64,000 nt of DNA from Lingula anatina (lineage: Eukaryota > Animalia > Brachiopoda). Made by a program: the position numbers and the translations under genes. The notes under the pieces are model-generated. The model was not told the origin of the DNA, searched no databases, and was given only the letters and a program-made list of their open reading frames with translations. Position 1 is the stretch's first letter. Every line of letters starts with the position of its first letter. The DNA is taken from positions 25,668,001 through 25,732,000 of the forward strand of contig CM120642.1 of NCBI GenBank assembly GCA_051362555.1, read 5' to 3'. Positions 51,014 through 62,748 of this stretch are shown here, piece after piece.

Positions 51014-52189
51014 ATGTTAGACATCACCGAGATAAAAATGCTGCGCTTCCTACTCATGTCTGTTTTTATCGTAACATTGAATGCAATGGCCATGAATGAA
51101 CATCAGCAACCTGTGAGAAACTTGACCGTGGCGCAAGCAGCACACATTAAACATATCCTGACCCATTACATTACAAACAGCACCAGCGTGAACGAAAATA
51201 ACCGGACCATCAATAGTTTGGTGGCGCCCGCATTACGTCTGGCGTTCCACGACTGTGTCGGCGTAAAATGTGACGGCTGTATCAATCTGAATAACGCAGG
51301 TAACGCTGGTTTAGAGACGGTTATTAACCGCCTTGATGAACTTTATGCCCAACACAATCTTTCGATGGTCATCTCTCGCGCAGATTTTTGGGTTTTGGCT
51401 AGTATCGCGGGGCTCGAAGTGGCAGCTAGAAAAAGCAAACTCTGCAGCCCCGCCCCGTGCACTCAACCGAACATTCAGTTTCGCTGGGGACGTAAAGATT
51501 GTGCGACTGCGCCGGTTACGAATGACACCCACCAGTTTCCAGACGCACACGGAGATCTAAATCACGTTTTGACGTTTTTCGGAGATAGCTTTAACATGAC
51601 GACGCGTGACGTCGTGGCTTGTTTGGGAGCACACACATTGGGGAAAGCCAAGAGAAGCAACTCGGGTTTCGAGGGATTGTGGGTTCCGCAGGAAGACGAA
51701 TTTGACAATCATTACTACACGGCAATGGTAAATATTGCTTTTTCCCAGCGTAACGTCGACCTTCCCGGAACCAACGGCACTGGACATTGGCAATGGAATA
51801 ACCCAAACAGAGATTTCATGATGTTTAACGCCGACATGTGTTTGCTCCGTAACATTACCCCAGAAGCCAACGGGCAGGTTCTCAGTTGCGCAGCCAACGC
51901 CAATGCATGTGGTCGGGCCTCCACGGCAGACATTGTTGAAGAGTACGCTCGGTCGAACGAGCGCTGGGTTAGAGATTTTGAAAAATGTTTTCAGAAAATG
52001 ATATCCCACGGATACGAAAATGGAACAGCAGACGAACTCAAGGAGCTCGTGGCTGACGACAGCGAGAACACAACGCCATCTACTACTACTAAAAGCTCAA
52101 CAAGTAGTGGCAGTCTCATCTCTGAAATGTGTTATAAATGTTTGTGTTTCTTGTTCTTCATCGCATACTGCTTGGTTCCCCATCACTGA
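51014..52189 (+). CDS. Secreted, probably GPI-anchored heme peroxidase of the non-animal (peroxidase-catalase, ascorbate-peroxidase-like) superfamily; intronless
   Basis: 391-aa single ORF (likely start 51038, MLRFLL...). Distal motif RLAFHDC..CDGCI, SRADFW, FRWGRKD, proximal LGAHTLG, FDNHYY. Signal peptide, Ser/Thr-rich stalk and hydrophobic C-terminal tail. Confidence 0.92.
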   Translation: MLDITEIKMLRFLLMSVFIVTLNAMAMNEHQQPVRNLTVAQAAHIKHILTHYITNSTSVNENNRTINSLVAPALRLAFHDCVGVKCDGCINLNNAGNAGLETVINRLDELYAQHNLSMVISRADFWVLASIAGLEVAARKSKLCSPAPCTQPNIQFRWGRKDCATAPVTNDTHQFPDAHGDLNHVLTFFGDSFNMTTRDVVACLGAHTLGKAKRSNSGFEGLWVPQEDEFDNHYYTAMVNIAFSQRNVDLPGTNGTGHWQWNNPNRDFMMFNADMCLLRNITPEANGQVLSCAANANACGRASTADIVEEYARSNERWVRDFEKCFQKMISHGYENGTADELKELVADDSENTTPSTTTKSSTSSGSLISEMCYKCLCFLFFIAYCLVPHH

Positions 52190-53935
52190 TAGTTGAAACT
52201 GTTAATGGTACGAGTATAGGTGCTTATGTATATTCACGATTGAAAGGGTAAAACCACAGGGGGGTTGCTTGGAAATTACTAAGGCATTTTACTAGACTCG
52301 GTATACTAAAGCCAGTTAACTATGGATAATGGCGTAATAGTAACGACAGTGTTTTGCTGGTAGTGAATTTTCTTTATCGTTTCTTTTTTTTAAATTTTGA
52401 CATAGATAGGAAAGCTCTCGTTACGTACGAAAATTATTTTGCTTTCGCAACTTTAATCACTTATGTAACCAAAGCCGAGATGAGAGGCTTTCATAGCCCA
52501 TGACGGTCCTATGGTACTTACATGTAAATCAATATTTTGATATTAAAGCCAATGGCCAATGCATAAACAAGGTAAAAGACGTAAGTATTTGAAAATTCCA
52601 CAAACTTTCTTACAATGATGTTTAAGTGTACTTTGTTGTATATTAAGTTCTAATATTCAAGAAAAAAGATGTCTCTATTCAGGTATGAGTTTGTCGTTCA
52701 TCATTTATTAATAATTCACTCGTTTTACTCACTTGTGTAATGGATAAAAATTTGCATCATTTTTTTTATTATTACCGTGAGCACTCGTCTCTTGTGTTTT
52801 AAAGAGGGACACGGAAAACGTGTCATCAGCTGCCAGCGCACTATATCTGTTATGAAATATCAGAGTTAATGAGTTTTTCCTGCTCAGAGAAATGATAAGA
52901 AAGTCATTCACTGCCATCTACTGGACGATGGAATTTCATAGAAACAAGCTAAAATCATAAATATTTTACATGGCGTTGCTTATCGAGCTTAGCGGAAAAG
53001 GCGAGCATTGAGGAAAGATACTCTCTTTCTGTTGCACTCATGACGCAGTGGAGACAATTAAGATATGGAGAACAGCGCCAACAGCCTGTTCGCATTTTGA
53101 ATAAGGTCTGTTGTACTTATCATTTTACTGGAAACTTCGAAAATCCAAACAAGACCCTTAAATTCTTTAAATCAGAATAATGGATAAACGTGTCTGAAGT
53201 CGATCTATGTATAGAAATATAAACTGTTTACTTTCTTTATTCTCTTTGCCCCCCTGAAGAGAATTCTGTGAACCCTAAATGTTAATGCAAAGTGCTACGT
53301 GAGGCGCGTGAGAACACCGACAATTAATTCCAAAGACTTGAAATCTGACTGGAGCGAATCGTATTTATCGCTATACTTACCCCCAATTCAATTTGAAAAA
53401 AAAAGATTTATGACTGTTAATGTTATTGTTGTGAGGGTACCTAGATGTAAATAAAAAGAAAACGCAAACAAAACATTGCCTTTACACTATAATTACCAAG
53501 TGTAGCAATCACACCAAGAGGTATTCTGTGTAGCGTTGGTTCAGACGTGTTCAAGATAGAATTTCTTTAACTGAAATCGTCTTACATGTTGTTTTAATAA
53601 AAAAGATAGAAACAGTCCCTGCACAAGAATGGCCCCAGAAAAAAGTCTTCTTGTTATGCAAATTCTTACGTTATTATATTTATAATAACCATGATAAACC
53701 ATGTATTGAGTAGGGTATCAATCTACGAGTGCACATACAGGTAGGACAGTTAAGATAGAAACATGATGACAATAATTCAAATACCGGTATTTTTTATTCT
53801 GGTCACGAGTATGGTCTGAACACGTGGTGCGGCTATAAAAAAAGAGACATGGTAAATTTGATAATTATGGCTGTCAACATAATTAGTTTTCTTACTTTGG
53901 AGAAATCATCATGTACCCCTCCATACACAATCACA

Positions 53936-54198
53936 TTAGAGCGCATTCAGAATTAGATGATCCGAGGACTAACAGATCCGCGGATTTAATATGGCCGACT
54001 CACTTTAAAGCGATGCACTGATGGTCTCCCCGCCTCCATACGCACCGTCGCTGCAAGGGTCTAGCAATTAAATCTCGGAGCCGAGATTTAATCCGTTTTA
54101 TGACAAGTGTGAAGGCGGATTAGACGGTTTGTTTCTTAGTGAGGTCGACCACATTTAGTCATTTAGTCACAGTTAGTCATTTGCCATGAATGCGCTCT
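53936..54198. mobile_element. Harbinger-like MITE (AGAGCGCATTC ends)
   Basis: AGAGCGCATTCA ... TGAATGCGCTCT inverted ends; same terminal motif as 40734-40910. Confidence 0.55.
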
Positions 54199-55874
54199 TG
54201 GTCACACACACGCAAATAAACCTTCGCTCACTGAACTCATTCTCAGATAAAGAGGAGAAAAAAATAGTGGTCTTTATTATCCGCCATGTGCAATCCCCAC
54301 AGCTGTTTCCATCGACATTGTTTGTTATCAATAGCTTTTTCTTCGTCGTCTTCTTCTAATAGACATCAAGAGAGAAAGAGAGAGAGAGAGAGGAATATCA
54401 AGCACTAGTAGTTCATGACCGTGTACACTATCTTGTATACATAGAGAGGGAAACATTACCCATAACATACTAAATTATAATACTTGTTACATGTAACACT
54501 CTCATTTCAGTAATCATATAATAATGAAGACGCAGGTATCGTGTTCACCGTGTTCATAAACCGTGTTCGCAAACCCTCAGGGTTGAATATTAGTTAGTAT
54601 TTTTACCTCCCTGGCAATTCAGGCAAGTGTTGACATTCTTGTGGTAAAGAGGGCAAAGTGCAGGGTAAAGCAATCTTGCAGTGTTTATCATGAAATATCT
54701 AAGAGCCAATAATAACCCTTAATAATAAACGGTTATTCACGACACAGGAAAAATGTACACCAAGAGATAGTGAAAAATAGATAGTTCAACCAAAGATATA
54801 AAAGCTGTTAAGTACAGTAACACAGGAATTGGTAATCAACCCCATGCTCGTTCGTGTACAGTTTACTAAGTAAGATAGTACACATACACTAGTGGGTGGG
54901 GCTGGCGTATCTATATATATGACCTGTTTACCTTGGAAGCGTAACATAAACATATTTTGACCTAACATTAAGAAACGTTTAAAATGCTAGTACATGTAAC
55001 AACCACCAGCTCTTTTAGTGACAGTCACTCAACCCCTGCTACATGTAACCTTGCGATTGATTAGACGTTTTCGGTCATCTATGGCTTTGTCTGTTCGGTG
55101 TCTCTCTGGTCTGACTCTACAAGCACTTTAAATTTTTTTAATTTAAAACGGCAAAAGTAAAACTTTGGGTTCACATTGCCTTTGTGAGTTCAGAGAAGTT
55201 TTCGAGGTTAAATCACTGCAATTCCTTGCTTGGATCAATGAACAACGTACAAATATTTTGCTTCGATGAATTCGAGAACGAAATGAAAATGACAGAAAAA
55301 TACGGATTTTTTGGTATTCTGTACTTTCACCTGGCATGTTTCCATGGCTACAAGGTTACTTTTAAGCACCAAACATTGCTCCGATTCTATTAACACTCTG
55401 GGGTTGACTTTGCTCGCTTTAAACCGACTTTAAGAGACGAGGAGATGGGACTCTACGTGCGTTGGACGAGAAATATATAAAACAAAAATAAAAACAAAAC
55501 GACAAGCAAAGGTGGAAATATCAACACCTATCTTTCTTGATTATTGGATTTTTAAATAAGTCAACTTTTAATAATTACAGCTTCTCAAAACAGTTTAACG
55601 GTCAAAACGAAGAGAGGCCATGAATCTGAATAAAGAGTACAAGGGACATTTTGCTCAAAATAGTATTTTCAAACACCGTGTGTTGACAATTATGTGCCAG
55701 TCTCACGTAAAATAAAGGACTGGCTTCCTACCGCAGGTTGCAATGTGATGATCGTTAAGCGCATAAATTAAAATTTAAAAATACACATTACAAAACTGGG
55801 GCACTTTGAGACATAGATTTTTTCATATCAATCTGAGACCACGTCCTCAGCCGTTAAGATTGTGCACCTTCGCC

Positions 55875-56025
55875 GACACGGCAGGCATTGTTAAGAAGTA
55901 CATTCAATCGAATGAACGTTGGCTAAAATATTTTGATAGATGATTTTAAAGGATTATCTTTAAAGGTTACGAAAATGGATCCGCAGACGAACCAAAGGAG
56001 TCAGTGGCAGACGGCAGCGACATCT
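55875..56025 (+). pseudogene. Decayed fragment of a second peroxidase copy (C-terminal part)
   Basis: Translates as TAGIVKKYIQSNERWLKYFDR*F*RIIFKGYENGSADEPKESVADGS, against TADIVEEYARSNERWVRDFEKCFQKMISHGYENGTADELKELVADDS in 51014-52189. Confidence 0.85.
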
Positions 56026-56469
56026 GGCGGCAGAATATCGACAACAGGAGTAGCCTAAAACAGATTACCCTTGATATCAGGGGATCCTAAAATGGTCCAC
56101 AAAATTACAATGTCACTAGGAAAAGGTAGCCTACATCTGAAAAGTCTACGAACTTTCTTTTAATTATATTAAGCCTATGTTATATATCATTTGTTTAGGA
56201 ATACATGAATATAAAGACGGCTCCTGTAAACAAAATTTGCATCTGTGTACAATTTTAAAATATTAACGTAACCGTGAAGTTTATGTGCGTCATATTGAGA
56301 AAAATCTATTTACATATTTGTTTGTAATACAATATTTACATAAACGGAATGAAAAATTAAAAGAAGTGTCATATGAAGTTTACCCTGGGTCCCTACTGGT
56401 GAATTAAATGAAAGCGTTTCTTCGTCAAATGAATATTAAATTCACACCTTAAAGATAAGAATTACACAT

Positions 56470-56730
56470 ACTGTAGAATTTGGACGCCCCATCCCCGCCT
56501 TTCTTTCCGTAGCCTATAATTTAATCCCATAGACACGATGCGTTCTTTCAAAAACACCTTGAGCAAATATGTAAAGAAGTGCAAAGAATTCACACCATCA
56601 TTTCCACGCCTTCAGTAAAGAGAGGACAAAATTGCTGAGTATGTACATCAGCAGGTCAGAGTAACAATCGGTAAATACTAGGAAAACTGATCTGAGACGT
56701 CAGGAATTTCTAAGCGCCGATGATGTCGTC
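56470..56730 (+). repeat. Dispersed direct repeat; second copy at ~63770-64000
   Basis: GCCTATAATTT...GCGTTCTTTCAA...CAGTAAAGAGA...AGAGTAACAATCGGTAAATACTAG...TCTGAGACGTCAGG...GCGCCGAT shared by both copies. Confidence 0.75.
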
Positions 56731-56956
56731 TTGGAGTGCTGTCCCCTGCCCCAAGCTTAAAAGCTTACAAAACAATTCAAGTGAAAATACGCCTAAAGAG
56801 AGAGCACAGATAACTCAAATGCTTGCTTTGGTACCTTAAGCAACAAAATTATTTCTAGTGCTCTAACGTATTTTTATATTTTTTGTAAGCAAGCCAAAGC
56901 TGGTATTGTCAAAGTGTGACAGTTGTGAAAAGAAGAGCAATGTTGAGCGAATTGTG

Positions 56957-56995
<39 letters not shown>

Positions 56996-57708
56996 ACACC
57001 AAAATATTACTATAAAGGTAATTAGTGCTATATTATACTGGTCCTCAGGTTGTGTTTAAAGAGTATATTGTTGTGTGTGCTCTCTTCCGGACACCTTAAC
57101 TGGCTGACGGACTCATAAGACTCTTTAAAGAGATATAAAAAGAATGCATTGTCTCCTCTGGACAGTGCCTACACTCTTAAAGATAGCTCGGTTTATAGTG
57201 CACGTTTATGGAGTTTTCAACTAGTATTGATAATAAGTAATGCAGCTAAATTTGAACGGCATGTAGACAATGATTCAACGTTCATAAAAAACTTTTTACA
57301 TGTTTATTTCACCTTCAACGTAGAAGGCGACTATGAAGGAATCAATAGACCCTTAACGTAAACAAAATGCGAAAGATCCATTGACTTTTTCCAAAAGCAC
57401 AACAAAGACCAAACATGGCATGGCTTTCACAACACAATAACCTGAGAGAGGAGTATTGAGGACGAACATTATTCTGTGTGCCCTGTGTAGCATGGGTTCA
57501 GACTCGCTGGGCGAAGAATTCAACTAAAATAAGCTTCCTGGTTCACTGTAGGTGGTTTTCGTTTTGTAATGACAGCTGTCTGACGATGAACAGTGAAATG
57601 TATGCAGTTAAATATACAGGAGGTCGAACAACGAAATATTAGCAATTTAAAGATATTTATCAAAAAAGGAAACCCCAATATAGAATTGGTATCCAGGGCG
57701 GTCTTGGT

Positions 57709-58027
57709 ATGGCTTTGAAGGGACGTTGGCTGGTAAATATGACATGGCTGGCTACAATGTTCACCGTAGCAGGTAAGTTTACAATGTAGGATCGATTCGT
57801 GTACAGAACGGAAAGTTTCACCAAAAGGATATCACATTTTGCCCCGAGCTCGGGTCCGTAGGCGGGGAAGGAGAAGAGGAGGGGATAGAGGGTGGGGGCT
57901 CAAGAAGGTCCGCACTTCTGGTTAGGAAAATATCCGCTCACGGTCACGGTTAAAGGTTTTTAGAGAAGCCCCCCCCCCACCACCACCACCAATTTGAAAT
58001 TACTAGCTAGAACTTGTTCATTATATT

Positions 58028-58064
<37 letters not shown>

Positions 58065-61000
58065 GAAGGAAACATTCCCCGTGGCATACATGTACTAACG
58101 AGTGCATACCCATTTTTTAATTTCAGTTCCCGCATCTTTTAATGAAAAAATAACCATTTGGATGCCACGAGTTAAGGGCAAATTGCCCATAAAACACATC
58201 AAACATCCTGTTTTGTAAATCCTCCGAAATATTTTAATAAATTGCTCATTTTGATCTCTGCTATAATAGACTGATATTTATTATAATATCCCATTTACAA
58301 ATCATCAGACGGGAATATTTATTGTAATTTCCTGTCCTCATAATGCGACAGTCTTACTTTTGCAGAATGGGGTACGCTCAACTTAATAAAAATCTGACTG
58401 TCAAACTGTTTTTTTTCCTCTGTTAAAAGCTATGTCAATAACAGGCTAACGATGGGCCTAATTACCAAATTTATTAATACCAATGAGTCATCTTTTGTTT
58501 AATCTATCTGGTGTTAAAACCGGTGACTCTAAGAGCACTTTATTTTGAGCGGCAGCAGCAAAAGTTTGGTCCACAGTGCCTCCCATTGCAAGTGTCGAAG
58601 CGGTACATTTTCAAACCTAGTTTGGCGGTGTCCTTTGTGGTATCTTCAGACAGTTGTGGCCTTTCTGTATACACATGGAGAGCGTTAAAGCATTCCAGTC
58701 TGGAAAATAAACCTGCACTTTTAATGTTGAAGAGATACCATTAAATCAGGATTGTGAATCATGAGAGGAGAGTGAAGAACCCCACGAGGTGATAGCAATA
58801 AAATCCCCCCCCCCCCAAAAAAAAAAGGAATAAAAAATTAAAAGACTTGTGTTTGACAAAACATCTCAGTAGTGATATGTATGAGATATAATTTGCATCT
58901 CTTCTGCACAGGAGGTATGGGACATATTATATATATATATTACGGATCTATCTAATGTAGAGTAAATGCATAGGAAATTGTAAAGGTAAAGGTCGTAATG
59001 CTTTTAAGTTAGATAAAGAACAGCATGAAATTGAAAAATATTAGGTAAATTCTGGAGGCAAAATTATCATCTGTGAAACACAACCGACTCCATTATATTG
59101 CATGGGCGATTTTTACCCTCCTCTGCTGACTTGGTAATCTTGGGCAGAGAGGGCGCTGCTTCCACAGATTTCTGCGCAAGTTGGCGCGTCGCCACTGCAC
59201 GTCCTGCGCACTGCAAACACCCATCCACCCCGGCTACTCAGAGCAGTGCAAGTTGACTGGGCGAGTTCGTCCCGGTAGTTGTATGCAACCTGGTACTGGG
59301 ATATGCTGCAGGTTTCTATACACAAAAACAGAGAAGTTATAAACGTGTTTGGATATTAATATACAGGGATGTTTACGGGATCTTGACACATTGCAAAGCA
59401 GGCACCACCAGGCAGGCACCACCAGGCAGGCACCACCACCATGCAGATTAAAATTCAGTGTTTACACATTTTCATGAAAAGATAAATGGAGATATTGATT
59501 GATACCCAGTCAAATAAATAACAGGCCTCAAAATGTCTTATTTCTAAATGTGAGAACAGACTAGAACAAAATTATCAAAGCTAAACAATTGGATTGCCCA
59601 AGCTTTCATTTCGTTTCTTTTTAGCTATATAGGAACCAAATATTTTATAGCCTAATAACCATAATAGATATATAAATGAATAAATAAAGAAATAAAGTTA
59701 TTAATGAATGATTTCTAGTCTTACCTCCCGCTGCTTCATCACAACTCAACACTCCCATAAGTGCAACACAAGCTACATAGAGAGGTGCCACTTTCACAAC
59801 TTTACCCAGCATACTGTATATCGCTTTAAAATCACTATAGCTTGGATTCAGCTCAAAGCAGTGCAGGATCTATGAAACCAGTGTTAATGTCAGTTATATA
59901 TACGAGTAAATCAGCACTGTAATATCCTCATTTACACTATATGATTTGATTTGAAAGGAGAAAATTACAGGATGAGTCATGGGGCTCATTCCCAATTGAA
60001 TTATCTTTCTAAGTAAATCGATCCAACTCCGCGGGTACACTGGCTGAATGCAATTAGATTAACTCGTCTCCTCTGCAGATTGCATAAAAGTAGGTTGGAA
60101 ATAAGAGGAGGCGTGTTAATCGGATATATTCTTGAGAATAAACCCACAGAATCACGCTCTTCACTTTGTCCAAATCCTTGACAGGACAGTAACTCAATCA
60201 ATGTTCAAAAATGAAAAAAAAAATCATAGTGCAAGTGAGTGTTAACATAAATCGTATAAATAATTGAATTATTAAATAAAAATCTTATTGCAGAAAAAAA
60301 AAAAACACATTGGGTTCAGCCCACAGCACTGTAGGATCTACAAAACACCTCGATCAATGCTAAACATAAACCAGTATTCTTACATTATTTTTCACCTAAC
60401 CTTGCTTTGTATGACTTTTTCTTTTCCACAAGCTAGAAGGGCTTATCAAGGGGGATGTTTTGGCCTTGGGGCTTGCAAGAGCGAGAGAGCGAGGGGGGCA
60501 GGGTTGAGATGCATCCCAGAAACAGAAAAAAAACTCCTCCAGTTGTGCAAAAAGGATAACGAATAGCGTTAGACTAGTAGGGTATTACTATGAAGGGGAG
60601 GCAAATTAGCTCAACTAAATTCAATTTTGACTGCTGTACTGATATTGTGAGAAAAAAGTATTCTTATTGTTCTCTTTGCGCTTCTGCTCTCAATATAAGA
60701 TAAATGAAATATCCAATCAATCTAGTTTGTTGTTAAGAATCATTTTTGTGACACTAGTCCCGTTGCATTTGATGGGAATGAACTATTTAAAAAAACACTT
60801 GTATGGTACAGCGGTCTTTTATTCCAGTGACTCTTCATTCTTTTTTAATTCAGCTGCAAACCACGTTACACAAGCGACACCATGCATGGATGGCGACACG
60901 TTTCCACACCCATCTGGAGATTGCAACAAATACCTAGTATGTGCCAGCGGTTCTCTCCAGGACCAAAATTGTATCACTGGACTCAACTTTGACCCTAATT

Positions 61001-62748
61001 CCCATAGGTGCGTTTGGCCCAGCGAGTACGCTTGTCCTACGACCACCACAACAACCACCACCACGACACCGTATACAGGGACAGTCATTGCTACTTCGCC
61101 AACGACAAAAACATGCACAAATGGACAATACTACGTACATCCGTCTGGAGATTGTAACCGATATCTTTCATGTGCAAACGGTATACTTTTAGAACAGTCA
61201 TGTGGAGCAGGCCTCGTTTTCCGCCCAGATGATAATAGCTGCATTTGGCCTAGCGATTACACTTGCCCTACAACCACCACTACAACCACTACTGCGGCAC
61301 CGTATACAGGGACAGGTAGCACCTCTCCTCAGACAGTTACCCCTACTACCCCAGGAGTCACGTCCACAACGACATGTACACATGGACAGAATTACGTGCA
61401 TCCGTCCGGGGATTGTAACCGCTATCTTACGTGTGCGAATGGCATTCTTGCAGAAACGACTTGTGCGACAGGACTCAATTTCAACCCAGATGAAAATGCC
61501 TGCGTTTGGATCCGCGATTACACTTGCCCTACTACCTCCACTACAACCACTACCACGGCGCCGTATACAGGGACAGATAGCACCATTCCTCGGACAGTTA
61601 CTCCTACTACACCAGGAGTCACGTCGACAACAACATGTACACCTGGACAGGATTACGTGCATCCGTCTGGAGATTGTTCACGATATCTTTATTGTATAAA
61701 CGGCATTCTTTTAGACCTGTCATGTGGGGAAGGACTCAACTTCAGTCCAAATGCCAGCACCTGCGTTTGGCCCCACCAGTACGCTTGTCCTACGACCACC
61801 ACTACAACCACTACCACGGCATCGTATTCAGGGACAGGTAGCACCACTCCTCGGACAGTTACTCCTACTACACCAGGAGTCACGCCCACAACAACATGCA
61901 CACATGGACAGGATTACGTGCATCCGTCTGGAGATTGTACACGATATCTGTCATGCTCGAAAGGTATACTTTTAGAAACGTCATGTCCAGTGGGTCTCAA
62001 CTTCAGTCCAATTGATGGTAACTGCGTTTGGCCCAGTCAGTACACTTGCCCTGCTACCACCACAACAACCATTACCATGGCGCCGTATACAGGGACAGGG
62101 ACGCCTTCTACCCCAGCAGTCACGTCGACAACAACATGTACGCATGGACAGAACTACGTGCATCCGTCCGGAAATTGTAACCGTTATCTTACATGTTCGG
62201 ACGGTATACTATTAGAAACTTCGTGTGCAGCAGGCCTCAATTTCAGTCCAGATGAGAGTGACTGCGTTTTGCCCAGTCGGTACGCTTGTCCTACGACCAC
62301 CAGTTCAACCACTACAGCGATTTCGTATACAGAAACAGGTACCACAACAACCACTACCACGGCACCGTATACAGGGACAGGCACCACGGCAACCACTACA
62401 ACCACTACCACGGCACGGTATACAGGGACAGGTAGCACCACTCCTCGGACTGTTACTCCTACTACACCAGGTGTCACGTCCACAACAACATGTACACGCG
62501 ACGGACAGAACTACGTGCATCCGTATGGCGACTGTAACCGCTATCTTACATGCTCGAACGGCATGATTTTAGAAAAGTCATGCACGACAGGTCTGAATTT
62601 CAATCCGTATGAAAATATTTGCGTGTCACCCAGCCAGTACGCTTGCCTTACGGTTACTACACCAATAATTTCAGCTGGCGCTCTCTTTCAACATTCTCTT
62701 GGTTGGTTTACGTCATTACTGTTCTGCCTGCTGCACTTAACAATTTGA
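57709..62748 (+). CDS. Peritrophin/mucin-like protein: 7 chitin-binding type-2 (CBM14) domains with Thr-rich linkers, probable GPI anchor (~652 aa)
   Basis: Large exon 60854-62748 with seven 6-Cys repeats (C..G..Y.HPSGDC.RYL.C..G......C..GLNF.P....C.WP..Y.C) separated by poly-Thr spacers, ending in a hydrophobic tail. The inferred signal exon 57709-57772 (MALKGRWLVNMTWLATMFTVA, AG|GTAAGT, phase 1) fits the phase-1 acceptor at 60853. The exon 1 assignment is less certain than the domain call. Confidence 0.85.
58540..59812 (-). CDS. Uncharacterised secreted Cys-rich protein ending in CGPNFCCC (3 exons, 148 aa)
   Basis: Exons 59812-59725, 59315-59117 and 58699-58540 (GT-AG, in frame) give MLGKVVKVAPLYVACVALMGVLSCDEAAGETCSISQYQVAYNYRDELAQSTCTALSSRGGWVFAVRRTCSGDAPTCAEICGSSALSAQDYQVSRGGLECFNALHVYTERPQLSEDTTKDTAKLGLKMYRFDTCNGRHCGPNFCCCRSK*. 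TATATAA lies ~85 nt upstream. Confidence 0.85.

Noticed and set aside
51311-52009. Overlapping antisense and alternative-frame ORFs in the peroxidase gene (likewise in the mucin gene)
   Set aside because: Expected shadows of long GC-richer or repetitive coding sequence; no independent motifs.
51014-52189. Bacterial or algal contamination as the source of the peroxidase
   Set aside because: Contiguous with host-type LINE/MITE sequence, carries eukaryotic secretion/GPI-like signals, and has a locally decayed duplicate.
60667-60853. N-terminal 62 codons of the 693-aa ORF
   Set aside because: Non-ATG start and AT-rich sequence ending in a polypyrimidine tract plus CAG; most likely intron.
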